A DNA stretch of 64,000 nucleotides from Patescibacteria group bacterium. GTDB taxonomy: Bacteria > Patescibacteriota > Patescibacteriia > UBA9934. Position numbers and translations under genes: made by a program. The number at the start of each line of letters is the position of its first letter. The stretch's first letter is position 1. The stretch covers positions 191,212 to 255,211 of the forward strand of contig JBBTSM010000003.1 of the NCBI GenBank assembly GCA_038064675.1, written 5' to 3'. This document shows, in pieces, positions 9,360 to 18,718 of the stretch. The notes below the pieces were generated by a model. It was not told the origin of the DNA, made no database searches, and saw only the letters and a program-made list of their open reading frames with translations.

Positions 9360-10631
9360 ATGTCTCGATTGATTCTGCACATTGATTTCAATTCATTCTT
9401 TGCGTCCGTTGAGGCGCAGGCAAATCCTTTTCTTCGTGGAAAGGCGTTTGCGGTTGCCGGCAAAGGCAAAGGGAGAATCGATCGCGAGGCAGGGGCGATC
9501 CAAGGAAAACGAACGTCCATCAGCGAGCTCTCCCATTCACGGTCGGTCGTCACCACCGCGTCGCGCGAAGCCAAAAAACTTGGTGTCAAAACCGCGATGA
9601 CAACGCACGAGGCGCAGCGCATCATCCCAAATCTCCCCATCATTCCCGGCGATCCTCGAAAGTACGCTGAGGTTACACATCGATTCCTCAAAATTCTTCG
9701 AACACACTGCGACGCCGTTGAGCAGTTTAGTGTTGACGAAGCGTTTGCAGATATTACCACCGTTGCCGCAGACAAATTTGGCGCGATTCTTCTTGCGCAA
9801 ATTCTTCGGTCGAAGATCGTCGAAACCATTGGCGAAGCGTGCACAGCGTCCATTGGTATTGGCCCGAATAAAGTTATCGCAAAACTTGCGAGCGAGCTTG
9901 TAAAACCAAATGGATTTACTTACGTCGATCCTTCCGAGGTGGAGTCCTTTGTTGCCGCGCGCGATCTTCGCGACATCTGCGGTATCGGCCCCCGGCTTGG
10001 CAAACGCCTCACCAACCTTGGCATCACCACCATTCTGCATCTTCGTGCAGCGCCGATGGATCGCCTCATCGCCGAATTCGGTCCGCACACCGCGGAGTTT
10101 CTCTGGAACGTTTCGCGCGGGATTGGCGATGATGTGGTTGTCGATTCCGAAGACGATCCAAAGTCCGTCGGTCATTCCTACACATTCCCCCACGGACTTG
10201 AAACCGATCAGGAAGTTCACGACAACCTTCTTGCACTCGCCGACATGGTTGCGCAACGTTTACGAAATCAGAATCTCTTCGCAACCCACGTGAGTCTCTT
10301 TGCGCGATACGAAGACGGCGGCGGATCCGGAACAAGCGCCCAGCTTCCAGAAGCAACCAACGACGGCCTCACACTCTTCGAGCACGGATTCCGATCGCTT
10401 CTTCCTATCATCGATCTCGATCGCGGCATCCGCCTGCTCGGAATCAGCGCAACGCACTTCGCGGAAAAGATTCCCTCCCTCATTCCCGAACACAACGAAC
10501 GCTACGATCGCTGTATTTCCGCCCTCGACCTCATCGCTAAAAAGTTTGGCACCGGCGCCTGGCACAGAGCAAGCACCCTGAATACGGTTTTCCTAGAACG
10601 AGTTAGTGGGTGGCATTATGATCATGAGTAA
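9360..10631 (+). CDS. dinB: DNA polymerase IV (Y-family translesion polymerase)
   Basis: HIDFNSFFASVE… and SVDEAFADIT catalytic motifs; palm/fingers/little-finger layout; adjacent to lexA. Confidence 0.85.
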   Translation: MSRLILHIDFNSFFASVEAQANPFLRGKAFAVAGKGKGRIDREAGAIQGKRTSISELSHSRSVVTTASREAKKLGVKTAMTTHEAQRIIPNLPIIPGDPRKYAEVTHRFLKILRTHCDAVEQFSVDEAFADITTVAADKFGAILLAQILRSKIVETIGEACTASIGIGPNKVIAKLASELVKPNGFTYVDPSEVESFVAARDLRDICGIGPRLGKRLTNLGITTILHLRAAPMDRLIAEFGPHTAEFLWNVSRGIGDDVVVDSEDDPKSVGHSYTFPHGLETDQEVHDNLLALADMVAQRLRNQNLFATHVSLFARYEDGGGSGTSAQLPEATNDGLTLFEHGFRSLLPIIDLDRGIRLLGISATHFAEKIPSLIPEHNERYDRCISALDLIAKKFGTGAWHRASTLNTVFLERVSGWHYDHE

Positions 10632-10636
10632 TCTAA

Positions 10637-10712
10637 TTTAGTCATCCCCGCGTAGGCGGAGATCCATCTTTCAACAACGAACACTCTGGATCCCCGCCTA
10701 CGCGGGGATGAC
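10637..10712. repeat. REP/BIME-like element: two inverted 25-nt palindromic units GTCATCCCCGCGTAGGCGG(A)GATCC … GGATCCCCGCCTACGCGGGGATGAC
   Basis: Each unit is itself a hairpin (ATCCCCGC-CTAC-GCGGGGAT); second copy of the unit at 55017-55045; sits between convergent dinB and PEBP genes (bidirectional terminator-like). Confidence 0.6.
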
Positions 10713-10728
10713 GGCTTCATAAAACGAG

Positions 10729-11187
10729 TTACAGAGAAACGGTCGGCGCGAATCTCCCCATCAGCTCCGCTTTCTCAAGAACATGGTCCGCCATTGCATC
10801 GATGCACTCGACTTTCGTTGCGCCCTCAGAAAGATCGAGAAGTATATCGATCGCATACACCGTAAAGAAATAGCGATGCTCCTTGTCCGGCGGTCGAGGT
10901 CCACCGTATCCAAGCTCACCCCGAGTTCCTTTGCCCCTGATTCCCTCTACGCTCCAATGTTCTGGAATATCGCAAACGTTCGGCGAAAGATTAAACACCA
11001 CCCAATGGTCCCACACCGGAATCCCCACAGCTTCTGGAATATCCGGATCATCCATCGTGAGCACAAGCGACACAGCCTCCTCGGGAACATCCTCAATACG
11101 CAACGGCGGATTCACATTCTCGAAATCCCTGCCATACTTTTTAGGGATCATTTCCCCATTTTCGAAGGCTAAGCTCGTAATCTTCAT
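10729..11187 (-). CDS. PEBP (YbhB/YbcL, Raf kinase inhibitor-like) family protein
   Basis: LTMDDPDIPEAVGIPVWDHWVVFNL… (DPDxP…HW motif). Confidence 0.7.
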   Translation of the reverse strand: MKITSLAFENGEMIPKKYGRDFENVNPPLRIEDVPEEAVSLVLTMDDPDIPEAVGIPVWDHWVVFNLSPNVCDIPEHWSVEGIRGKGTRGELGYGGPRPPDKEHRYFFTVYAIDILLDLSEGATKVECIDAMADHVLEKAELMGRFAPTVSL

Positions 11188-11198
11188 ATGTACACGCC

Positions 11199-11798
11199 TT
11201 ATTTTTTCTCTTTCGAAATGTACTGACCAAGCAATGCATCGGAAATACCCTTCATTCCCGAAACAGAACGTTTCGCGAACGGCGTATTACCAAAGACTTT
11301 TTCAAGATCTTCTGGAGTTCGTGACCTTGCCGCCAGAAGAAACGCTTCGGCTGGATACATTGGAAAATGAACGCCGTAGGCAAACGAGAACAATAATGCC
11401 CTTGGAATGTGATAATTATTCGTAACAATAGCCGCACTCAATTTCGAATACTTCGAATGCTCGGCTATCGCACTCATATTCCCCTCTGTGCTCGGCGCGG
11501 ACACAAGATATTCAACCGCGTCGCTGGAGACTCCGTAGTCGCAAATAAGCATTTGCACAATAGCAAATGCCCTGTTCACGACATCATTTTCACCAATCGT
11601 TTCATCTCCACCAGCTATATACAATTTCTTTGTAAATCCGAGCTCAAGGAGGCACACAAATCCCGCAAGCCTCAATTCGAAGTAATAATTATCTTCGGGA
11701 CTTCCTGAATATTTCGGTTTAAAACCGCTTTTCGTCTCTGCGCGTTCAACATTAAAAGCAAGACCGTAGGCAATATCAAACGTATGTTTCGCGTCCAT
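11199..11798 (-). CDS. DUF218 (YdcF/SanA/ElyC-like) domain protein
   Basis: 199 aa; …KLYIAGGDETIGENDV… consistent with DUF218 core; weak. Confidence 0.45.
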   Translation of the reverse strand: MDAKHTFDIAYGLAFNVERAETKSGFKPKYSGSPEDNYYFELRLAGFVCLLELGFTKKLYIAGGDETIGENDVVNRAFAIVQMLICDYGVSSDAVEYLVSAPSTEGNMSAIAEHSKYSKLSAAIVTNNYHIPRALLFSFAYGVHFPMYPAEAFLLAARSRTPEDLEKVFGNTPFAKRSVSGMKGISDALLGQYISKEKK

Positions 11799-11908
11799 AT
11801 ATATTCACACTACCACCCAAGCCGCTCATCTCCAATCCCTGTATAAAACCAAATCGTTGATTGAATTCATGATCGCCGGGCCAACCTATTGCGACTCTCT
11901 AACATCAT

Positions 11909-12676
11909 TTATTTGATTTGCGCTCGAAAGTCCGCATCATTTTGATGAATAAAACTCCCAATGTCAGCGTTTTCAAGAATGTGATATCCACGCTGAATAT
12001 ACTGATCTTTTACTTTCACCTGACCTCCCGGCGATGCGGCGTTCAGTTCTTGAACGTGCAGAAGACTGTCAGTAGCAAAGGTATACATATACCAATCAGT
12101 CAAACCACCGTCTCTTTCATTTCCACAATATAGCCACAGTTCGGCATCGCTTAAATAGCGCTCAGCGCTCATATGATCAATTGCGCAATACACTCCGGTG
12201 TCAGTAGTTGACGACGCGAATAAACCAAACTGATGTACGGAGAGTCTATTGAAGCTTCTGATGATCTTTTGATCTTCGTATCTCGCCATACCAAAAATGA
12301 GCTCGTCACAATCTCCATCACATCCAAGATATTCCGATGAAATTTGTTCGAGCTTCGGTCTGGCCATGATATAAGCGATAGTGCCGTCCTCAATATCGCG
12401 GCAAAGATATCGAAGTTCAAAGCCAACGTTTATAAAATCCGTATTTCCGAAAAGCGCATCGTAAATAGACTGCATTTCTTCACCACTAGCCTCAACAGAT
12501 GAGGCGCATGGCCCGATCGCGCTCAAAGCGTCTTGAAAGTTCAGAGTGCTTTCACTCGATTCTCGGTAGCGCATCGCTGAGTAGACGCAAACGCCAACGA
12601 GAGCAGTTCCAACAATAATATTCGACTTCCACCGAGCAAAACGAGGCGACGATTTCTTCATAAAATACCACCTCAA
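11909..12676 (-). CDS. hypothetical secreted protein (AT-rich gene)
   Basis: N-terminal signal-like segment (…NIIVGTALVGVCVYSAM), Cys-rich mature part; lower GC than neighbours. Confidence 0.4.
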   Translation of the reverse strand: MRWYFMKKSSPRFARWKSNIIVGTALVGVCVYSAMRYRESSESTLNFQDALSAIGPCASSVEASGEEMQSIYDALFGNTDFINVGFELRYLCRDIEDGTIAYIMARPKLEQISSEYLGCDGDCDELIFGMARYEDQKIIRSFNRLSVHQFGLFASSTTDTGVYCAIDHMSAERYLSDAELWLYCGNERDGGLTDWYMYTFATDSLLHVQELNAASPGGQVKVKDQYIQRGYHILENADIGSFIHQNDADFRAQIK

Positions 12677-13932
12677 ATCTCTTCTTCAATCTCCAACAAC
12701 CGATTGTACTTACACAATCGCTCGGATCGTGATGGGGCGCCGGATTTGATGAATTCGGCGTTGACGGCGACAGCGATGTCGGCAATGGAAGTGTCCGTGG
12801 TTTCGCCGGAGCGATGGGAAATGATCACCTTATAGCCATTTTCTCGAGCAAGTCCGATCGTTTCCATGGTTTCCGAAAGGGTTCCAATTTGATTTGGTTT
12901 GATAAGGATCGCGTTCGCAACGCCGGAGTCGATTCCGCGGTGCAGACGACGCGCATCGGTAACGAAAAGATCGTCACCGATGAGCAACATCTTTTTGCCA
13001 AGACGCTTCGTCATCTCTTCCCAATCTTCCCACGCGTCTTCCGCCAAACCATCCTCAATGCTTATCATTGGGTACTTCTTGCTCCACGCATCGTACAAGT
13101 CGATCATCTGCTTTGCGGTGCACTTTCGTTTGTCCGTGGAAAGCTCGTACTTCTTTGTTTTTTCGTTAAAAAACTCGCTTGCCGCAACATCAATACCGAA
13201 CCCGATTTCCTTTCCAAGTTTATATTTTGCCTTCTTCACCGCCTGCACAAGGTACTCAAGCGCAGACTCTGTTCGGCCAACGTCTGGTGCGTAACCGCCT
13301 TCGTTGCCAACATCTGTATCAAGCCCGTCGGCATGAAGCACATCGCCGAGCATATGGAAGATTTCACTTCCTGCTTGGAGTTTGCGTGAGAATGTGGAGA
13401 ATCCATGAGGAATGATAATGAACTCCTGCATGTCGAGATTCGTGTCTGCGTGCTGTCCGCCGTTGAAGACGTTCAAGAGCGGGGTCGGAAGTTTGAATTT
13501 CGATAGTCCGATATCGTAGGTTTCACGGAGGTACGCATACAACGGCATACGCGCGCGACGCGCGCCGGCGTGTGCAACTGCGAGCGATACGCCGAGAATG
13601 GCATTGGCACCAAGACGCTTTTTATTGTCCGTTCCGTCGATGATACACATCGATTCATCAATTCCTCGCTGGTCTGCAACATCGCGACGGCGAAGTGACG
13701 GACCAATGATGTCGTTCACATTACGCACTGCTCTCCGCACACCAAGCCCGCGGTAGCGCTTTTTGTCGCCATCGCGAAGCTCTACTGCTTCGTGAACGCC
13801 TGTTGATGCACCGCTCGGCACCGCCGCATGTCCACGCGTTCCATCGCGAAGCATTACCGACACATGCACCGTCGGGTTGCCGCGCGAATCTAAAATTTCA
13901 TGCGCGTGAATTGCATCAATGCGTTCAAGCAT
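12673..13932 (-). CDS. eno: Enolase
   Basis: MLERIDAIHAHEILDSRGNPTVHVSV…, SHRSGETTDTSIADIAVA motifs. Confidence 0.95.
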   Translation of the reverse strand: MLERIDAIHAHEILDSRGNPTVHVSVMLRDGTRGHAAVPSGASTGVHEAVELRDGDKKRYRGLGVRRAVRNVNDIIGPSLRRRDVADQRGIDESMCIIDGTDNKKRLGANAILGVSLAVAHAGARRARMPLYAYLRETYDIGLSKFKLPTPLLNVFNGGQHADTNLDMQEFIIIPHGFSTFSRKLQAGSEIFHMLGDVLHADGLDTDVGNEGGYAPDVGRTESALEYLVQAVKKAKYKLGKEIGFGIDVAASEFFNEKTKKYELSTDKRKCTAKQMIDLYDAWSKKYPMISIEDGLAEDAWEDWEEMTKRLGKKMLLIGDDLFVTDARRLHRGIDSGVANAILIKPNQIGTLSETMETIGLARENGYKVIISHRSGETTDTSIADIAVAVNAEFIKSGAPSRSERLCKYNRLLEIEEEI

Positions 13933-13934
13933 AG

Positions 13935-14765
13935 TTAGTTCAGTGCGTACGTAATCGAAACCGTCATTTCAATGTCTTGTGATCCAACTTCCACCGAAGG
14001 TGCAACTGATGCCGACTTTGCGCTATCTGCTGCGAGCATTCCGTAATACGGCATTGGCGATCCTCCCTGGCTTTCGTTGTAGCTCACTACACGACCGAGT
14101 CTGCCACCCATCGATTTCGCGATACTTGCTGCCTGAACCTTCGCCTTTGCGATTGCTTCATCGCGAGCCTCAGCGATGGTTGCGGTTTCGTCATCAACTT
14201 CATATCGAATACTCGAAACTGATGTTGCGCCGTTCTTTGGGCCAACATCGAGCACGCTAGACGTAAGATCGGTATTCCGAATCTTCACCGTGAGCGATTG
14301 TGTCGATTGATAACCAGTGACTACCGCCGGGCTTACGTCGTAGTCGTACACTGCAGACGTATCAAACGACGATGTCTGGATATCTGCATCTGGAATGCCA
14401 ACGGCCTTAATCGCCTCTAGCACCGTGGTCATCGTTGTTGATGCGGCGTTCTGCGCCTCCGTCGCCGTAGCTCCCGTTTTCGTCACCGTCACATCTGTCG
14501 TTGCGATATCTGGAACAACGCTTGCTTTACCAGACGCGCTCACGGAAATCGTTGGCGCAGAAAGATCGCTAAACCCAACGCGCGAATATTCGCGCATAGT
14601 TTTCTTAATTTCCGCACCAGTCCACACAATGCCGTACACAATAAGAATCGCAAGGAGCACCGTGAACAACTTATTCTCATGCCATGATGGCCAGAAACTC
14701 GACCCGTCTTTTTCCCAAGAAGCCATAAAATGGTGGTTAGTTATAAAAAGTATAGCACTTCTCAC
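13935..14765 (-). CDS. SIMPL-domain (DUF541, BP26/OMP28-like) protein
   Basis: N-terminal TM, then ISVSASGKASVVPDIATTDVTVTKTGATATEAQ… typical SIMPL repeat architecture. Confidence 0.55.
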   Translation of the reverse strand: MRSAILFITNHHFMASWEKDGSSFWPSWHENKLFTVLLAILIVYGIVWTGAEIKKTMREYSRVGFSDLSAPTISVSASGKASVVPDIATTDVTVTKTGATATEAQNAASTTMTTVLEAIKAVGIPDADIQTSSFDTSAVYDYDVSPAVVTGYQSTQSLTVKIRNTDLTSSVLDVGPKNGATSVSSIRYEVDDETATIAEARDEAIAKAKVQAASIAKSMGGRLGRVVSYNESQGGSPMPYYGMLAADSAKSASVAPSVEVGSQDIEMTVSITYALN

Positions 14766-15913
14766 TTCGCAAGCACCTCGAGCCCTGGCATCGCTTCCCC
14801 GCCCAAAAATGCGAGCATCGCTCCGCCGCCAGTAGAAACGTGCGTAAAGGAATCGGTGAGATCGAACTCCTCAAGGCATTCAACCGTCTCACCGCCGCCA
14901 ACAACACTCGTTGCCTTCGTATTTCTCGCGATAGCCTTCGCAATAGCGAGCGTTCCCACAAAACCATCTTCGCGTTTTGGAATACCCATCGGCCCGTTCC
15001 ACACAATATGTTTCGCCTTCGCAATCGCCGCGCAGAATGCCTCAACGGTTGAAGGGCCAACATCGGGAACAAGGTTTTTGGTTACCACAAGATCGCACGG
15101 CAAATGGATCTTCTTTCCAAACTTCTTCGCAATAGCCTTCGCGCTCGCAACATCTTTCGCACTCGTGAATTCTGGAACATCTACCGGAAGCGATCCAACA
15201 TCAGCCTTCAGCATCGTGAGCGCCGTTGCGCCGCCAATAAGCATTGCGTCGGCATGCGAACCAAGATGCTTCATCAGTGGAATCTTTGTGGCAATCTTCG
15301 CGCCGCCAAGAATAAGCACAAACGGATGTTTTGGCGTCATCGACAATGCCCGTACTTCGCGGACGACGAGCTCGCCAGCAAAACTTGGAAGATACGACGT
15401 GATCGCCGCGATAGACGCGTGCTTCCGATGACAGACGCTGAAGGCGTCGTTCACATACACGTCACCGAGCGCAGCAAGACGTCTTGCAAAATCGGCGCTA
15501 TTCTTTTCTTCACCTTTATCAAATCGAAGATTTTCCAACATGACGATCGATCCCGGAGCCATGCGGTCGATAACACGCGCAGCCTCGTCGCCAACCGCGT
15601 GCGGAATGAACCGAACCGGATGATCAATGGCGCGAGCCAATGCTCGAGCAACCGGGGCAAGCGACAGTGATTTTACCAACTTTCCTTTTGGATCACCAAG
15701 ATGCGCGATGAGAACAATTCGCGCGCCACGAGACTGAAGCCGAGTGATTTCTGGAAGAATGGACTTCAAACGGTGCCGGCCGTGAATCGAAACACGGCCA
15801 TCGTTCATAGGAACGTTCGCATCAATGCGTAACAGCACTCGGCTGTCGCGAGGAATATCGCGAGCGGTCCACGAAGCAATGTTCTTTACCTTAAGGAGTT
15901 TCGTTTTTGCCAT
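14762..15913 (-). CDS. pgk: Phosphoglycerate kinase
   Basis: RIDANVPM…, IAHLGDPKGK, GGGAMLAFLGGE motifs; start MAKTKLLKV. Confidence 0.9.
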   Translation of the reverse strand: MAKTKLLKVKNIASWTARDIPRDSRVLLRIDANVPMNDGRVSIHGRHRLKSILPEITRLQSRGARIVLIAHLGDPKGKLVKSLSLAPVARALARAIDHPVRFIPHAVGDEAARVIDRMAPGSIVMLENLRFDKGEEKNSADFARRLAALGDVYVNDAFSVCHRKHASIAAITSYLPSFAGELVVREVRALSMTPKHPFVLILGGAKIATKIPLMKHLGSHADAMLIGGATALTMLKADVGSLPVDVPEFTSAKDVASAKAIAKKFGKKIHLPCDLVVTKNLVPDVGPSTVEAFCAAIAKAKHIVWNGPMGIPKREDGFVGTLAIAKAIARNTKATSVVGGGETVECLEEFDLTDSFTHVSTGGGAMLAFLGGEAMPGLEVLAK

Positions 15914-17144
15914 ACACTGCAACGCCCTTTACCACGCGAACGAATGCGTTTCGCCACGGAAGGACAGAAAAGAAATATCGAGCATCGACAAATCGTCGAA
16001 GGATATACGCAGTATACCCCCAAATTGGAACGCCAAGCGCCCTGCCAACGGCGAACTTCCCTCCAAGTGCAATAAGAATGTCCCACGTCTTGTGCTGACG
16101 ATACATCGAGACCGGACGTTTCGTGATCATCGCGACAATATTTTTTGCAACAGTCATCGATTGCTCAACAGCGACTTGTGCAGTTTGTGGATCAGGAAAT
16201 TTCCCCTCTTTCACAAATGCAGCGTCACCGAGAACAAAGATGTCGCGGTATTCCAACGTTCGTAGTGCGTCGTCTACGAATATTCTGCCTTTCGGGTGCT
16301 TCTCGAATGGGAGCGATGCGACAATTTCTGGCATCTGTACTCCCAGCGCCGTAATACAATAGTCGCACGATACGGTCTCAATCTTCTCCGAAGGAATTCC
16401 TTTGACGATATGCTTCAGACCGACAGAATGTTCGGCAACATTCACAAGCGCGGTGTTCATTCGCAGAACAACACCAAGATCGCGAAGACGTGCCTGTGTT
16501 TTCTTTCGAAGAAACGGTGAGAGCATCTTCAATGGCTCGTCTCCGGAATCGATAAGCATCACTTCCACCGATCGAGGATTTAGCGCTCCCCGCTTCTCCA
16601 GTGCTCGAACCGTTGCCGCGCATTCTGCAGCAAATTCTGTTCCGTTCGCCCCTGCGCCAGCAATCACGATGCGTTGCTGTTTCACCGAAGCGCTTTGCAT
16701 GATATTCGAAAGCTCGGTTCGGATCATGAGTGCGTCACTCGTCCGCTTCAAATCCGTAGCGAATTGTTTTGCGCCAGAAATGCCAAAGTCATTCGATACG
16801 CTCCCTACCGCAATAACACAGATATCATACGGAATCGCCGATCCATCAGTGCACACGACGTTTCGTACAATGGGATCAACGGATTGTAGCGCGCTTTTCC
16901 GAAACCGAATTCCCGAAAACTGATCAATCATGATATCTGTTGCGCGAACAAGATCGCCCCGAAGCGAATCCTCGAGCAGCCCCCCAGACGCAACTTCATA
17001 CAGCCACGGTGTGTATACCGACGCAGATGATGGATCGAGAATAGTAATCGCGACACGATGTGAAACCGACGACCGCAGCAACCGGCGCGCCACGCTGAAG
17101 CCACCAAAACCACCACCAACAATGACCACGCGTGTTTGAGTCAT
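15891..17144 (-). CDS. ndh: Type II NADH dehydrogenase (FAD-dependent pyridine nucleotide-disulfide oxidoreductase)
   Basis: N-terminal Rossmann VVIVGGGFGG, second GAGANGTEFAAE dinucleotide motif, LGDAA motif. Confidence 0.75.
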   Translation of the reverse strand: MTQTRVVIVGGGFGGFSVARRLLRSSVSHRVAITILDPSSASVYTPWLYEVASGGLLEDSLRGDLVRATDIMIDQFSGIRFRKSALQSVDPIVRNVVCTDGSAIPYDICVIAVGSVSNDFGISGAKQFATDLKRTSDALMIRTELSNIMQSASVKQQRIVIAGAGANGTEFAAECAATVRALEKRGALNPRSVEVMLIDSGDEPLKMLSPFLRKKTQARLRDLGVVLRMNTALVNVAEHSVGLKHIVKGIPSEKIETVSCDYCITALGVQMPEIVASLPFEKHPKGRIFVDDALRTLEYRDIFVLGDAAFVKEGKFPDPQTAQVAVEQSMTVAKNIVAMITKRPVSMYRQHKTWDILIALGGKFAVGRALGVPIWGYTAYILRRFVDARYFFSVLPWRNAFVRVVKGVAVYGKNETP

Positions 17145-17148
17145 ACGA

Positions 17149-17649
17149 TTATCCGAACAAAAACTTCACCACAGCATTCGGCTTTCGAATGTTTCCAAGC
17201 ACAATTGCATTCAATCCAAACGCATGACCCGCGCCACCAGCAGCAAACAACGCAAGAACCGCACTATAAATGATGTGTTCGTCGATGTAACCCATTGCCG
17301 TATTGCTCACAAAATGCGCAACGTAATACAGCGCCATGAGCACGATGCCAAGAATTGCCGCCGGGCGCACAAGCAATCCAACAATCAGCGCAATTCCAAG
17401 GCAAAGCAATCCCCACTCATTCACAAAATCGATGGCACTATTCCCTGCCAATGAGCGAAACCACTCCGAGAATGGACCCTCTGCTGTTGCAAGATACGTT
17501 GCAGCGCTCCATCCACCTACGGAAATCTTTGACCATCCGGCCGTAAGATACACACCCCCAAGGAGCACTCGAAGTGCAACGTACGCGACGCCAAAGCTCT
17601 TCTCATGCGTGGTCTCTGCAATTTTCCCAAGCTGCGATTGTGTACGCAT
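17149..17649 (-). CDS. DoxX family membrane protein
   Basis: 4-TM protein with LRVLLGGVYLTAGWSKI motif typical of DoxX. Confidence 0.55.
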   Translation of the reverse strand: MRTQSQLGKIAETTHEKSFGVAYVALRVLLGGVYLTAGWSKISVGGWSAATYLATAEGPFSEWFRSLAGNSAIDFVNEWGLLCLGIALIVGLLVRPAAILGIVLMALYYVAHFVSNTAMGYIDEHIIYSAVLALFAAGGAGHAFGLNAIVLGNIRKPNAVVKFLFG

Positions 17650-17650
17650 A

Positions 17651-18652
17651 TTACTTCACCGAGGATAAGCAAAGCTCAACAAGGCTATGCGAGTAGCCCC
17701 ATTCGTTGTCGTACCACGCAACAACCTTCACGAGGTTTCCATCAACGACATTCGTGAGCGAAAGGTCGACGGTTGCGGAATGCGGATCGCCAATAAAATC
17801 CGAGGACACGAGGGGCTCATCCGTTGTTCCAACAATCGGTGCGAAGCGCGGCGTTTTTACCGCCGCAAGAATCGCTGCATTCACCTCTTCAATCGTGACG
17901 CTCTTTTTTAAAAGGAATGTCATGTCTGAAAGCGACACCGTCGGTACCGGAACGCGAATAGACATTCCGTCGAACCGTCCTTTCAACGAAGGGATTGTTA
18001 ATGCAACGGCGATCGCGGCGCCGGTAGATGTTGGCACAATATTTTCTGCTGCCGCACGGCCCTCGCGCATGTCTTTCTTTGGCGAATCCACCAAAGCCTG
18101 CGACGCCGTGTATCCATGCACCGTTGTCATCATCGCCTTTTCGATGCCAAATGCTTCTTCGATAATCGCGGAAACTGGCGCAACGCAATTCGTGGTGCAC
18201 GATGCATTACTGAGAATGCCCGCCTTCTCCCCCTTCAGTTTTTGATCGTTCACGCTCATCACAAACGTTGGAACATTTCCGCCCTTTGCTGGCGCAGAAA
18301 TAATCACACGTTTCGCACCGGCCGCCAGATGCACGCTCGCCTTTTCCTCAGTAACGAACAGTCCAGTCGATTCAATAACAATATCGATACCCAAATCCTT
18401 CCACGGCAACTGCGCGGGATCTTTCTGCGCGAGAAGCTTGATGGTTCTTCCACCAATAATCAGCGAGTCGTCCGTGTGGCTTACATCCACATTCCACGTG
18501 CCGTAATTCGTGTCGTGCTTCAAAAGATACGCAAGCGTTGCTGCGTCGGTAAGGTCGTTGATCGCCACCACATCAAACTCCTTTTTCTCCCAACCCACCT
18601 TAAATACCGTTCGCCCAATCCGCCCAAACCCGTTGATAGCAATGCGAGGCAT
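17651..18652 (-). CDS. gap: Glyceraldehyde-3-phosphate dehydrogenase
   Basis: MPRIAINGFGRIGR… NAD-binding start; catalytic ASCTTNC; start ATG at 18650-18652 inside longer track ORF. Confidence 0.9.
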   Translation of the reverse strand: MPRIAINGFGRIGRTVFKVGWEKKEFDVVAINDLTDAATLAYLLKHDTNYGTWNVDVSHTDDSLIIGGRTIKLLAQKDPAQLPWKDLGIDIVIESTGLFVTEEKASVHLAAGAKRVIISAPAKGGNVPTFVMSVNDQKLKGEKAGILSNASCTTNCVAPVSAIIEEAFGIEKAMMTTVHGYTASQALVDSPKKDMREGRAAAENIVPTSTGAAIAVALTIPSLKGRFDGMSIRVPVPTVSLSDMTFLLKKSVTIEEVNAAILAAVKTPRFAPIVGTTDEPLVSSDFIGDPHSATVDLSLTNVVDGNLVKVVAWYDNEWGYSHSLVELCLSSVK

Positions 18653-18718
18653 AGATGGCGATATTTTAGCACGAAACACAAAACCGAGCCCTGAGGCTCG
18701 GTGATGTGATCGTATAAG

